DNA of 64,000 bases from Candidatus Kaiserbacteria bacterium RIFCSPHIGHO2_01_FULL_58_22 (lineage in GTDB: Bacteria > Patescibacteriota > Minisyncoccia > Phycocordibacterales > UBA2100), in the NCBI GenBank assembly GCA_001781445.1, contig MFLB01000034.1, forward strand, positions 17,793 to 81,792, read 5' to 3'. This document shows, piece by piece, positions 8,174-18,170 of this stretch; the stretch's first letter is position 1; each line of letters starts with the position of its first letter. A program made the position numbers and the translations under genes. The notes under the pieces were generated by a model. The model saw nothing but the letters and a program-made list of their open reading frames with translations, was not told the DNA's origin and did no database searches.

Positions 8174-10345
8174 ATGAATCCGGGCACTCCCCATAGCGGC
8201 GAGCCGATGGACTGTTGTCACTCGGAAGCAGAGTCTGCCGCGTCGCAAAAAACGAGCGGTGGCGTTTCGTACGCGTGCCCCATGCATCCGGAGGTCATTC
8301 GTGAAAAGCCGGGGATGTGCCCGGAGTGCGGGATGGCACTGCTTCCGCAGAAGCACGAAACCCGAAGCACGAGGCCCGAAACCGGGAGAAGCGCTGACGA
8401 CAGGCACGAGGGACATAAAACGTCCTCGTTCCTGAAAAAGTTCTGGGTTGTCTCGGTCCTGACGGTGCCCATCGTCGCGTATTCCGATTTGCCGGAGCTT
8501 TTCTTCGGTTGGACGGCGCCGGCATTCCCGGGTTCCGAATATCTTCAGCTTGTACTCGGGTCCTTTGTTTTCTTTTACGGCGGGCTCGTGTTCCTGCGAG
8601 GCGCTGTGAGCGAACTTCGCGCGCGGCTCCCCGGAATGATGACGCTTATCGGGCTCGCGATAAGCGCCGCATACATATGGAGCGCGTACGCGGTCTTCGC
8701 GGGCGAAGAGCCGTTGTTCTGGGAGCTCGCGACCTTGATCGGCGTGATGCTTCTCGGTCACTGGGTCGAGATGCGCGCGGTGCGAAGCGCGAAGGGCGCA
8801 CTGCGCGAGCTTGCGAAGCTTCTCCCCGACAGCGTGGAAGTAGTGCGCGACGGCACGACGCGAACGGTGTCGCTTGCGGAGCTTCTAGAAGGCGACGTCG
8901 CTCTCGTGCGGCCGGGCGGGAAGATCCCGGCGGACGGCGTTGTGGGTGGGGGGGAGTCAGACGTGGACGAATCGCTCGTGACGGGCGAGTCGCGCCCGGT
9001 CGCAAAGCGCGCGGGTTCGGAAGTCATCGGCGGCTCGGTCAACGGCGACGGCGCGCTCCGCATCCGCATCGCAAAAGTCGGCGAGCGCACCTTTCTCGCG
9101 GGCGTCGTGCGCCTCGTTGCCGAAGCCGAGGCCTCGAAATCGCGCCTCCAGCTTCTCTCCGATCGCGCGGCGTTTTATCTCACCGTTCTCGCCGTCGGCG
9201 CGGGAGCCATCACGTTTGTCGCGTGGCTCGGCGTCGGAGAGAGCGTCGGCTTCTCGGTGGAGCGGCTCGTTGCCGTTCTTATCATCGCGTGTCCTCACGC
9301 GCTCGGCCTCGCGATACCGCTCGTCGCGTCGATTTCAACCACGATGGCCTCGCAACACGGCTTTTTTGTGAAGCGGCGGCTCGCGCTCGAAGCGGCGCGC
9401 AACGTGACAACGGTGCTTTTCGACAAGACGGGCACGCTCACCGAGGGGCGCTTCGGCGTCGTCGAGGTGCTCGGCGGCAATGAAACGCTCGCGCTCGCCG
9501 CCGCGGCCGACGCGAATTCCGAGCACCCCATCGGCCGCGCGATCGTCGCACATGCGAAGGAGAAGGGCGTCGCAATACGGCCCGTGTCGTCGTTCAGAAA
9601 TCTGCGCGGCATGGGCGTGCGGGTCACGCTCGACGCGGCGGAAGTATACGCGGGTTCATCAACGCTACTCGAAGAGCGCGGCGCCTCGGTGCCGCGCGAG
9701 CTCGAGGAAGCGGTGCGGATGCACGAGCGGGAGGGGAAGACCGTCGTTCATGTCATACGGAGAGGGGAGTGGGTGGGCGCTGTGGCGCTCGCAGATATCA
9801 TTCGCAACGGATCGCGCGAGGCCGTCGGCGCGCTCAAAGCGATGGGTCTCAAGGTGGCGATGCTCACGGGTGATGCGGAGGATGTTGCCGCATGGGTCTC
9901 GAAAGAGCTCGGCGTCGAGGAGTATTTCGCGCGCGTGCGCCCGGAGAAGAAAGCAGAGACCGTCAAAAAGCTCCGTCGGCGGGGCGAGCGCGTCGCGATG
10001 GTCGGGGACGGGGTGAACGACGCACCCGCGCTCGCGGAAGCCGATCTCGGCATTGCCGTCGGGGCCGGCACGAACGTCGCCATCGAATCGGCCGGCATCA
10101 TTTTGGTGCGCAACGATCCGCGCGACATCCCGAAGGTCGTCAAGCTCTCCCGGCTCACCTATACGAAGATGCTCCAGAACCTCTTTTGGGCGACGGGCTA
10201 CAATGTGGCGGCGCTCCCTTTGGCCGCGGGCGCGTTATTCGCCTATGGCATCGTCCTTCAGCCCGCCGTCGCCGCCGTCTTTATGTCCGCCTCCACCGTC
10301 ATCGTCGCCGCGAACGCCGCTCTCCTGCGCCACCGCACGCTGTGA
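8174..10345 (+). CDS. copB: Copper-translocating P1B-type ATPase (CPH type) with N-terminal CPMHP/CPECGM metal-binding domain
   Basis: TGES, CPHALG, DKTGT, SEHP, GDGVND, YN and MSAS motifs. Confidence 0.9.
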   Translation: MNPGTPHSGEPMDCCHSEAESAASQKTSGGVSYACPMHPEVIREKPGMCPECGMALLPQKHETRSTRPETGRSADDRHEGHKTSSFLKKFWVVSVLTVPIVAYSDLPELFFGWTAPAFPGSEYLQLVLGSFVFFYGGLVFLRGAVSELRARLPGMMTLIGLAISAAYIWSAYAVFAGEEPLFWELATLIGVMLLGHWVEMRAVRSAKGALRELAKLLPDSVEVVRDGTTRTVSLAELLEGDVALVRPGGKIPADGVVGGGESDVDESLVTGESRPVAKRAGSEVIGGSVNGDGALRIRIAKVGERTFLAGVVRLVAEAEASKSRLQLLSDRAAFYLTVLAVGAGAITFVAWLGVGESVGFSVERLVAVLIIACPHALGLAIPLVASISTTMASQHGFFVKRRLALEAARNVTTVLFDKTGTLTEGRFGVVEVLGGNETLALAAAADANSEHPIGRAIVAHAKEKGVAIRPVSSFRNLRGMGVRVTLDAAEVYAGSSTLLEERGASVPRELEEAVRMHEREGKTVVHVIRRGEWVGAVALADIIRNGSREAVGALKAMGLKVAMLTGDAEDVAAWVSKELGVEEYFARVRPEKKAETVKKLRRRGERVAMVGDGVNDAPALAEADLGIAVGAGTNVAIESAGIILVRNDPRDIPKVVKLSRLTYTKMLQNLFWATGYNVAALPLAAGALFAYGIVLQPAVAAVFMSASTVIVAANAALLRHRTL

Positions 10346-10351
10346 AAATCG

Positions 10352-10395
10352 CATATAACGCCAGCTCACGCGGCCGCGTGAGCTGGCGTTATATG
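10352..10395. repeat. 44-bp perfect spacerless palindrome
   Basis: CATATAACGCCAGCTCACGCGG followed by its exact reverse complement. Confidence 0.95.
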
Positions 10396-10458
10396 TTCAT
10401 GGAGGCCCGCAGATATTCGACATGAGCCGATCATTCGTTTTGCGGGTATACTTGCGCT

Positions 10459-11052
10459 GTGGCAAGAACGGAATCACGCATACAGCTGAAGCAGGGAGAT
10501 GCCGCGCCGGCGTTTGCATTGCCCGGCATTGACGGACGCACGCACTCGCTCGCCGACTTCGGCGGAAAAGAAGGGCTCCTCGCGCTTTTTATGTGCAACC
10601 ACTGTCCGTACGTGAAAGCGCGGATGGAAGAGGTCGTCGCGCTTCACGAGGAGTTCGGGGAAACAATCGCGTTCGTCGGCATCAATTCGAGCGATCCCGA
10701 GTATCCGGGCGAGGGGATGGAGAACATGAAAAGATTCGCGAAGGAGTGGGGGATGGCGTTCCCGTATCTTCTGGATGAGGACGGCGCGGCGGCGAAAGCC
10801 TACGGCGCCACCTGCACGCCCGACCCGTTCCTCTTTGCCTCCGCTACTCGCGGCGGTGCCCCGAGCGAGCAAAGCGAGTCGAAAGGCGACTTTCGGCTCG
10901 TCTTCCACGGGCGCATCTCCGACGCGCTCGAGCCGGAAGACGCGCCGCAGGAATTCACGATGCGCGGCAATATGCAAAAGCTCCTCGCCGGAGAGCCTAT
11001 CGCACAGTGGTTCGAGCCCTCGCTCGGCTGTTCCATCAAATTCAAGATATAA
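10459..11052 (+). CDS. Thioredoxin-like / AhpC-TSA family protein
   Basis: FMCNHCPYV, ATCTPD, GCSIK; GTG start; carries an in-frame hairpin-encoded insert. Confidence 0.85.
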   Translation: MARTESRIQLKQGDAAPAFALPGIDGRTHSLADFGGKEGLLALFMCNHCPYVKARMEEVVALHEEFGETIAFVGINSSDPEYPGEGMENMKRFAKEWGMAFPYLLDEDGAAAKAYGATCTPDPFLFASATRGGAPSEQSESKGDFRLVFHGRISDALEPEDAPQEFTMRGNMQKLLAGEPIAQWFEPSLGCSIKFKI

Positions 11053-11058
11053 AAGAAC

Positions 11059-11448
11059 ATGGCAATGTCTTTGGCGCAAAGGATGAAAGAGGCGGCGCGG
11101 CGCGCGGAGCGGAACATCCTCGTGCTCTATTTGGCGCGGAAGGATCCCCGCATCTCGCTTCTCGCCAAAATTTTTATCGTCATCGTCGTCGGCTACGCGC
11201 TCTCGCCGATAGATCTCATTCCCGATTTTATACCGGTTCTGGGCTACCTCGACGACCTCATCCTCCTGCCTATCGGCATTTATGTCTGCACGTTGCTCAT
11301 CCCGGAAGACATCCTCGAAGAGCTTCGCGCGAAGTCCGAACAGTTGAAGGACCTCGAACAAAGCATCGTCGGCGCGGCGATAGTCGTCGGCCTGTGGGTA
11401 ACCGTGATATTCATCATCGGCCTGTACCTCGTCAATTTCGCCGAATAG
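11059..11448 (+). CDS. YkvA/DUF1232 membrane protein
   Basis: YALSPIDLIPDFIPVLGYLDD. Confidence 0.9.
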   Translation: MAMSLAQRMKEAARRAERNILVLYLARKDPRISLLAKIFIVIVVGYALSPIDLIPDFIPVLGYLDDLILLPIGIYVCTLLIPEDILEELRAKSEQLKDLEQSIVGAAIVVGLWVTVIFIIGLYLVNFAE

Positions 11449-11476
11449 CAAGAAGCGCTAAGACAAGGTTGACACT

Positions 11477-11505
11477 TTGACAAAATGTTTCGGAATTGAT
11501 AGGAT
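11477..11505 (+). promoter_or_regulatory. Putative thrA promoter
   Basis: TTGACA-17-TAGGAT with TGn extension. Confidence 0.55.
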
Positions 11506-11517
11506 AGCCCCTTAAAT

Positions 11518-13989
11518 ATGGCTCAAAAAGGCGTCAAAGTCTTGAAATTCGGCGGGACTTCCATGGGAAGCGCCGAGGCGATGAATCAGGTCATCGCCAT
11601 CGTGCGAAAACCCCGGCGCGATGCGCGCATCGCCGCAGTCGTCGTTTCGGCGATGAGCGGCGTTACCGACGAGCTTATCAAGACGGTGCATGCCGCCGCG
11701 CTCGCCGACGGCTCTCACAAGCCGCTCCTGAAACACATCGAGCGGCGCCACCTCGCCGCCGTCGCGCAACTCGTCGGCCGAAAAAACAGGAAGAAGGCGG
11801 TCGCGAGCGTCCGCGCCTTGCTCGAACATCTTAAAGAGGTCGTGACGGGTGTGAGCCTGATACGACAATTCTCTCCCGGCGCTCTCGATTACGTCATGAG
11901 CTACGGCGAGCGCCTCTCGGCGCACGTCCTGTGCGACGCGCTCAATGATCGTGGCGTTTTGTGCGAGTATCTAAACGCGCGGAGCGTGGTCATTACCGAT
12001 GAAAATTTCGGCGAAGCGGCGGTGGATCTCGCGCGCACCAACCGGGCGATACGCGCCCGCTTCAAAGCTCATCCGAAACTGCAGATCGTTACGGGCTTCA
12101 TCGGCGCGTCGGCCGACAAAAAGACGACGACGCTGGGCAGAGGCGGGAGCGACTACACCGCCTCCATTTTCGGCGCGGCGCTCGGCGCGAAGGTGATAGA
12201 AATATGGACGGACGTCTCGGGGGTGATGACCGCCGATCCGCGAAAGGTGGAAGACGCGAAAGCGATTGCGGAAATGACGTACCAGGAAGCCGTCGAAATG
12301 TCCTACTTCGGCGCGAAGGTGATTCATCCGCCGACGATGCGCCCCGCGCAGGAAAAAGGGATTCCCATCGCCATCAAAAACACGTTCGCGCCCGAGGCGC
12401 CGGGCACCATGATCGCGCGCGCGGCGCGCAAGACCGACGACCTCGTGCGGGGCATTTCTTCTTTCGGCGGCATCGCGATGGTCCAAGTGCAGGGCGGCGG
12501 CATGCTCCGCACGCGCGGGGCTTCGGGCCGACTCTTCGGCGCCTTGGCGCGCGCGCGGGTCAACGTGCTCCTAATCACCCAGGCCTCTTCGCAAAACTCG
12601 ATCTCGTTTGCCGTTCGGGAGAAGGACGTGGCGCGCGCGCGCGAGGCGATCGAGGAAGAATTCGCGGCGGAACGCTCGGCCCGCCTCATCGACGATATCG
12701 GCGTTACGCGCGGTCTTTCCATTATCGCGATCGTGGGCGAGGGCATGCGCCACCGCGCCGGCATCTCGGCCCGCCTTTTCGGAACGCTCGGCCGCAACGG
12801 CGTCAACATCGTCGCCATCGCGCAGGGCTCCTCGGAGCTGAACATCTCCGTCGTCGTCGCGGCGAGCGACGAAACGAAAGCCCTGAACGCCGTCCACACC
12901 GGATTTTTCTTCCCGGAAACGAAACCCATCCACCTGTTTTTGCTCGGCACCGGTCTCATCGGCTCGACGCTCCTCTCGCAGGTCTCGCGGCAAAGGGCGG
13001 TCTTGAAGCGCGAGCAGGGCTTCGACATCCGGCTCGCGGGGATCGGCAACAGCGAGCGTATGCTCTTCGATCGCGGCGACATCGCGCCCGAGAAATGGAA
13101 GGAGCGGCTCGAACGCTCGAAGACCCGCATGAACCTCGCCGCGTTCATCGAGACGATGAAGCGCGCGCCGCTTCCCGGCCGCGTCTTCGTCGATTGCACG
13201 GCTTCGGAGGAGGTCGCCCGCGCGTACGCCGAAATACTTGCCGCGCACATTTCCGTCGTCACGCCCAACAAGCGCGCGAACTCGGGCCCGTACTCCTATT
13301 TCAAGAAGCTCGCCGAACTCGCCAAGGAGCCCGGCGTCTCGTTCCTCTACGAAACCAACGCCTGCGCGGCGCTCCCCATCATCAGCATGATCGACGATCT
13401 CATCTTGAGCGGTGATCGCATTACGAAGATCGAAGGTATTCTCTCGGGTACCATGAGCTACATCTTCAATCAGTTCGCGGCCGCGAAAACGTTCAGCGAA
13501 TCCGTCGCGGAGGCCAAGCGCTTGGGATACACCGAACCCGATCCGCGCGACGATCTCGGCGGCATGGACGTGGCGCGCAAGATCCTCATTCTCGCGAGAA
13601 AGGCGGGTTTCCCGCTTGAGTTTTCCGATGTGAAGGTGCAGAGCCTGCTCACGCCGAAGGCCGCGCGCGCCAAAACGGTAGCCGGCTTTTTCCGGGAACT
13701 CGAAATAGAGGACGCCGCGTGGGAGCGCAGGAAGAGGGCGGCGGAGAAGCGGGGGGAGCGCCTGCGCTACATCGCGACCCTGGAGAAGGGGAAGGCGTCC
13801 GTGCGCATCCGCGCCGTGGCGCTCCCGCATCCCTTCTATGAGATGTCGGGGAGCGACAACATCGTGACGATCTCAACCGATCGGTATTCGAAGACCCCGC
13901 TTCTCATACAGGGGCCTGGGGCGGGCGGGGAGGTGACGGCGGCTGGCGTTTTCGCCGACATACTGCGGGCCGCGCGCGACGCCGCCTAA
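11518..13989 (+). CDS. thrA: Bifunctional aspartokinase/homoserine dehydrogenase
   Basis: KFGGTS, LGRGGSD, two ACT-like domains, GTGLIG, YTEPDPRDDL, GPGAG; 823 aa. Confidence 0.95.
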   Translation: MAQKGVKVLKFGGTSMGSAEAMNQVIAIVRKPRRDARIAAVVVSAMSGVTDELIKTVHAAALADGSHKPLLKHIERRHLAAVAQLVGRKNRKKAVASVRALLEHLKEVVTGVSLIRQFSPGALDYVMSYGERLSAHVLCDALNDRGVLCEYLNARSVVITDENFGEAAVDLARTNRAIRARFKAHPKLQIVTGFIGASADKKTTTLGRGGSDYTASIFGAALGAKVIEIWTDVSGVMTADPRKVEDAKAIAEMTYQEAVEMSYFGAKVIHPPTMRPAQEKGIPIAIKNTFAPEAPGTMIARAARKTDDLVRGISSFGGIAMVQVQGGGMLRTRGASGRLFGALARARVNVLLITQASSQNSISFAVREKDVARAREAIEEEFAAERSARLIDDIGVTRGLSIIAIVGEGMRHRAGISARLFGTLGRNGVNIVAIAQGSSELNISVVVAASDETKALNAVHTGFFFPETKPIHLFLLGTGLIGSTLLSQVSRQRAVLKREQGFDIRLAGIGNSERMLFDRGDIAPEKWKERLERSKTRMNLAAFIETMKRAPLPGRVFVDCTASEEVARAYAEILAAHISVVTPNKRANSGPYSYFKKLAELAKEPGVSFLYETNACAALPIISMIDDLILSGDRITKIEGILSGTMSYIFNQFAAAKTFSESVAEAKRLGYTEPDPRDDLGGMDVARKILILARKAGFPLEFSDVKVQSLLTPKAARAKTVAGFFRELEIEDAAWERRKRAAEKRGERLRYIATLEKGKASVRIRAVALPHPFYEMSGSDNIVTISTDRYSKTPLLIQGPGAGGEVTAAGVFADILRAARDAA

Positions 13990-13999
13990 CGAAAAAGCG

Positions 14000-14027
14000 C
14001 GAAGCACGAAATCCGAAGCACGAAATG
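14000..14027. repeat. Heptamer array CGAAGCA-CGAAATC-CGAAGCA-CGAAATG
   Basis: 7-bp period in thrA-asd spacer; weak complementary arm follows. Confidence 0.7.
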
Positions 14028-14070
14028 AATTCGTTTTCGCGATTTTTGTCCAGAATGATAAGATGATCCC

Positions 14071-15165
14071 ATGAGCAAGAAAATACCAGTCGGGATACTC
14101 GGCGCGACCGGCATGGTCGGCCAGCAGTACATACGGCTTTTGGAAAACCACCCGTGGTTCGAGGTGGCCTACGTCGCCGCTTCGCCGCAGTCCGCCGGTA
14201 AGAAATACAAAGACGCTTTGCGGAGCGGCTGGATCGTCGCGGGAGAGTTGCCCGCGCGCGTCGGCGGGATGACCGTGGAAGACGTGAGCGACGCCGCGAA
14301 AGCCGCCAAAAAATGCGCGTTCGTTTTTTCCGCGTTCGAAATACCGGAAAAAGACCTGATCCGGAAATACGAAGAAGACTACGCCGCCGCCGGCGTACCC
14401 GTCTTTTCCAACGCCTCGGCGCACCGGGCCACCTCCGACGTGCCGATGATCATCGCCGAGATCAATCCACACCATCTGGACATCATCCCCATCCAGCAAA
14501 AACAGCGCGGATGGAAAAAAGGTTTTATCGTCGTAAAGCCGAATTGCTCTCTGCAAAGCTACCTCACGCCGATCTTCGCGCTTCAAAAAGGAGGCTATCC
14601 CGTCGAAAGAATGATAATCACGACGCTTCAGGCGACCTCGGGCGCGGGATATCCGGGCGTGGCTTCGCTCGACATGGTGGACAACGTCGTTCCCTACATC
14701 GGCGGCGAGGAAGAAAAGAGCGAACAAGAGCCGCTGAAAATCCTCGGAGAAGCGAAAGGAGGGAAATTCGTTCCGTACAAAGGCCTCGCGATTTCCGCGC
14801 ACTGCAACCGCGTACCCGTTTCCGACGGGCACCTTGCGTGCGTGAACGTGCTCTTCGGGAAAAAGAAACCGGCGCGCGAAAAAATCCTCGACATTTGGAA
14901 GAAATTTCGCGCGGAGCCGCAACGATTGGACCTCCCTTTTGCGCCCAAACAGCCGATCATCTACCGCGATGAGCAAAACCGGCCCCAGCCGAAGCGGGAT
15001 CGCGACTCCGACAAAGGCATGGCTGTTACGGTGGGGCGACTGCGGCCGGACGCCATCTTCGACTTCAAGTTCGCCGCTCTCTCGCACAACACAATCCGCG
15101 GCGCCGCCGGCGGCGGCATTCTGAACGCGGAGTTGGCCTACAAAAAGGGCTTTCTTAAGGCATAA
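14071..15165 (+). CDS. asd: Aspartate-semialdehyde dehydrogenase
   Basis: GATGMVGQ, KPNCS, SGAG, CNRVP, HNTIRGAAG. Confidence 0.95.
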   Translation: MSKKIPVGILGATGMVGQQYIRLLENHPWFEVAYVAASPQSAGKKYKDALRSGWIVAGELPARVGGMTVEDVSDAAKAAKKCAFVFSAFEIPEKDLIRKYEEDYAAAGVPVFSNASAHRATSDVPMIIAEINPHHLDIIPIQQKQRGWKKGFIVVKPNCSLQSYLTPIFALQKGGYPVERMIITTLQATSGAGYPGVASLDMVDNVVPYIGGEEEKSEQEPLKILGEAKGGKFVPYKGLAISAHCNRVPVSDGHLACVNVLFGKKKPAREKILDIWKKFRAEPQRLDLPFAPKQPIIYRDEQNRPQPKRDRDSDKGMAVTVGRLRPDAIFDFKFAALSHNTIRGAAGGGILNAELAYKKGFLKA

Positions 15166-15223
15166 AACGGCTTCTCCCACCTCCTCCCGCACCGACCGGG
15201 AAACGTACGCTACAATACTTATT

Positions 15224-16771
15224 ATGCTTTCAGAGTCCATACGGGAGCTGATAGGGAAGATCGAGGCCACCGAAGAAGCCGAACGTACGGCGGCGCCGGG
15301 CCAGCAGGCGCTCGAGGGCAATACGATCGTCGCGAAGGCCGCCTCGCTCTACGAAAAACTCCGATACCTCGTGGATTATCGCGAGGAGCATACGATACGA
15401 CGCGCCGCGCTCGAGCGGATACTGAAGCGGCGCGTCTTCATCGAGCAGAAGGCCGAAAGCGGCCTCGTGCTCCTTCAGGAGCTCGTCGACGGCAAGTACA
15501 TACCGAAGGAGGCGGCGACCGAGGAGGCGGCGCGCGACATCGACACGATAGTCAATAAGTTCCTCCAGCTTTCACGCCTCGCGAGCGCGAACGGCGCCGT
15601 CGTGCGTCGGCTCATCAGCTTCGCCGCGACCGAGATCGACGCCCGGATCTCGCCGCTCGAGTACGCGACCGACCATGAAAGCGCCGAGGCGCTCTACAAG
15701 ACGCTCCGGGGCCGGGTGAGCGCGTACGGATACTCGGAGGAGGAAACGAACGCCCAGCTCTATTGCGCGTGCTGGAGGTCCCTCCTCGGCGCCGACGACG
15801 ACCGTCTCGCCCATGCGCTCTGGCTCCTCTATGTGCCCGGGTGGCGCGCGGGGAGCGCGGATCTGCAGGAGGTGGCGGGAAAGCTTCCCGCGCTCGTCGC
15901 CAACATCCGCGACACGGTGCGCGGCTCGCTCCAGTGGCAGATCGCGCCGAAGATAAAGAACGAGAGCATCTACTTCCGAATCATCCGCGAGGCGTTCGCC
16001 TCCAAGCGCGGCGCGGCCGGGCGCATTTTGGAAAATCCGACCCAGCTGGACCAGTTCACGAGGGACTTTCTCGAAAAGACGTACGAACAGGAGAAAGAGC
16101 GGATACAAAAAAGCGGCATCCGCGCCGTCGTCTATCTTTTCGTCACGAAGATGGCCGTCGCGCTCGTCGCCGAGCTTCCGTATGAGATCTTCGTCCTCGG
16201 GGGGGTCCACTACGTGCCGCTCACTATCAACATCCTTTTTCATCCGGCCCTGCTCTTCGCCCTCACGCGCAACGCTGGCGCTCTCGGCGAAGCGAACACG
16301 AACGCGATCGTCGAAGGCATCCACGGCGTTCTTTACGAGGGAAAGGCGCGGAGCGTGCGCGTGCGGAGCGGCTATTCGCGCTTCACGCTCGCGTTCGCGC
16401 TCGCATACCTCTTTCTCTTTATCACCGTGTTCGGCAGTGTCATCGGATTTCTCGAGTTGCTTTCCTTCAATCCCGTTTCCATCACGCTCTTCCTCTTTTT
16501 CCTCGCGCTCGTCTCCTACTTCGCGTTCCGCATCCGCTATCGCGCGCGCCGCTGGAAGGTGGTCCGCGAAGAGGGTACGCTCTCCATCATCGCGGGCGTA
16601 CTCGCGGTGCCGATCGTGCGCGCCGGCGAATGGCTCTCGCGCACATTCTCCTCCATCAATGTCTTCGTCATGATAATGGATTTCATCATCGAGACGCCCT
16701 TCAAGCGGCTCCTTAATTTCTCAAATCAATTCCTGCTGTATCTCCGAGAAAAAGGTGAAGAAATCAGGTAA
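15224..16771 (+). CDS. Hypothetical membrane protein
   Basis: 515-aa ORF with C-terminal TM segments; TACAAT just upstream. Confidence 0.75.
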   Translation: MLSESIRELIGKIEATEEAERTAAPGQQALEGNTIVAKAASLYEKLRYLVDYREEHTIRRAALERILKRRVFIEQKAESGLVLLQELVDGKYIPKEAATEEAARDIDTIVNKFLQLSRLASANGAVVRRLISFAATEIDARISPLEYATDHESAEALYKTLRGRVSAYGYSEEETNAQLYCACWRSLLGADDDRLAHALWLLYVPGWRAGSADLQEVAGKLPALVANIRDTVRGSLQWQIAPKIKNESIYFRIIREAFASKRGAAGRILENPTQLDQFTRDFLEKTYEQEKERIQKSGIRAVVYLFVTKMAVALVAELPYEIFVLGGVHYVPLTINILFHPALLFALTRNAGALGEANTNAIVEGIHGVLYEGKARSVRVRSGYSRFTLAFALAYLFLFITVFGSVIGFLELLSFNPVSITLFLFFLALVSYFAFRIRYRARRWKVVREEGTLSIIAGVLAVPIVRAGEWLSRTFSSINVFVMIMDFIIETPFKRLLNFSNQFLLYLREKGEEIR

Positions 16772-16814
16772 GAAGACTTGCGCATCCGAGGTAAGACGTT
16801 AGAATCCCAGGATT

Positions 16815-18086
16815 ATGGAAAATAATCCGTGGGAGAGAGCGCGCGCGCAGATGCATGCGGCGGCATCGCATCTTTCGCTCCCGCCGGCGTTCATCGAACG
16901 CATGGAAAAGCCGGATCACGTTATCGAGGTCTCCATGCATGTGCCGATGGACGACGGGCGCACGGAGGTTTTTCACGGCTATCGCGTCCAGCACAACAAC
17001 CTCCGCGGCCCCTACAAAGGCGGTCTTCGATATCATCCGAAAGTAGACATGGACGAGGTAAAGGCGCTCGCGTTCTGGATGACCGTGAAAAACGCCGTCA
17101 TCGATGTCCCGTTTGGCGGCGGGAAGGGAGGCATTACGGTCGACCCGAAGAAGCTCTCGGAGGGCGAGCTTGAGCGCCTGACGCGCGCATTCGCGCGGGA
17201 GCTCGCGCCGTACATCGGCCCGGAGATAGACGTGCCCGCGCCCGACGTGAACACCACGCCGAAGATCATGTCGTGGATCCGCGACGAATACGGCAAGGCG
17301 GTTGGCAAGGATACGCCAGCGGTCGTTACTGGAAAGCCTGTCGGCGCGGGCGGCTCGGAAGGAAGAACGGAAGCGACGGGCCTCGGCGGTTTTTACGCGC
17401 TCATGGAGATCGTGCGGCTTTCGGGGAGAGGACACAGCGGCTTGAAGGCCGCGATACAGGGTTTCGGCAACGTGGGCAGTTTCCTTGCCGGATACATGAA
17501 GGAGGCGGGGTTTCGCGTCGTCGCGCTTTCCGATTCGAAAGGCGGTCTCTATATCCCGAAGGGCATAGACGATCTGAAGGCGGTCGCGGAGTGCAAAGAG
17601 CGAAGCGGCACGCTCGCCGGATGCTACTGCGTCGGGAGCGTGTGCGATCTTTCCAACATGGAGCTTTTGGGAGGCCGCGATATTTCCCCGAAGGAGGTCT
17701 TGACGCTTCCAGTGGACATCGTCGCGCCTTCGGCCCTCGAAAATGCCATCACGAAAGAGAACGCCGCCGCGATCCAAGCTGGCATTGTTCTCGAAATGGC
17801 CAATGGTCCGACAACGCTCGAAGCCGACGAGATCCTGCGGAAGAAGGGTGCGATGGTCATACCGGATATTCTCGCCAATGCCGGCGGCGTTGCGGTTTCC
17901 TACTTCGAGTGGTATCAGAACATGCACGGCGAGACATGGAAAAAGCAAGATGTGTTCGCTAAGCTCAAGGAGAAGATTGATGCCGCGGCACGTGCCGTCT
18001 TTGCCGCCTCGGAGGAATACTCGGTTTCCCTGCGTGAAGCGGCCTACATCGTGGCGCTCAAGCGCCTCTCCGACGCCGCCTACTGA
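16815..18086 (+). CDS. gdhA: Glutamate dehydrogenase (Glu/Leu/Phe/Val family)
   Basis: GPYKGGLRY, GGGKGG, APDVNT, QGFGNVG, PDILANAGGV. Confidence 0.93.
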   Translation: MENNPWERARAQMHAAASHLSLPPAFIERMEKPDHVIEVSMHVPMDDGRTEVFHGYRVQHNNLRGPYKGGLRYHPKVDMDEVKALAFWMTVKNAVIDVPFGGGKGGITVDPKKLSEGELERLTRAFARELAPYIGPEIDVPAPDVNTTPKIMSWIRDEYGKAVGKDTPAVVTGKPVGAGGSEGRTEATGLGGFYALMEIVRLSGRGHSGLKAAIQGFGNVGSFLAGYMKEAGFRVVALSDSKGGLYIPKGIDDLKAVAECKERSGTLAGCYCVGSVCDLSNMELLGGRDISPKEVLTLPVDIVAPSALENAITKENAAAIQAGIVLEMANGPTTLEADEILRKKGAMVIPDILANAGGVAVSYFEWYQNMHGETWKKQDVFAKLKEKIDAAARAVFAASEEYSVSLREAAYIVALKRLSDAAY

Positions 18087-18156
18087 CAAACACACAACTC
18101 CCTAGCGGATTTAATGACAGTTCAGGAACTGGATGTATCGAATGGAGTTCAACTTA

Positions 18157-18170
18157 TGAACATATGTTCA
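18157..18170. promoter_or_regulatory. TGAACA-TA-TGTTCA palindrome, possible ArsR/SmtB-type operator
   Basis: Perfect 14-bp palindrome in AT-rich spacer upstream of DoxX gene. Confidence 0.4.
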
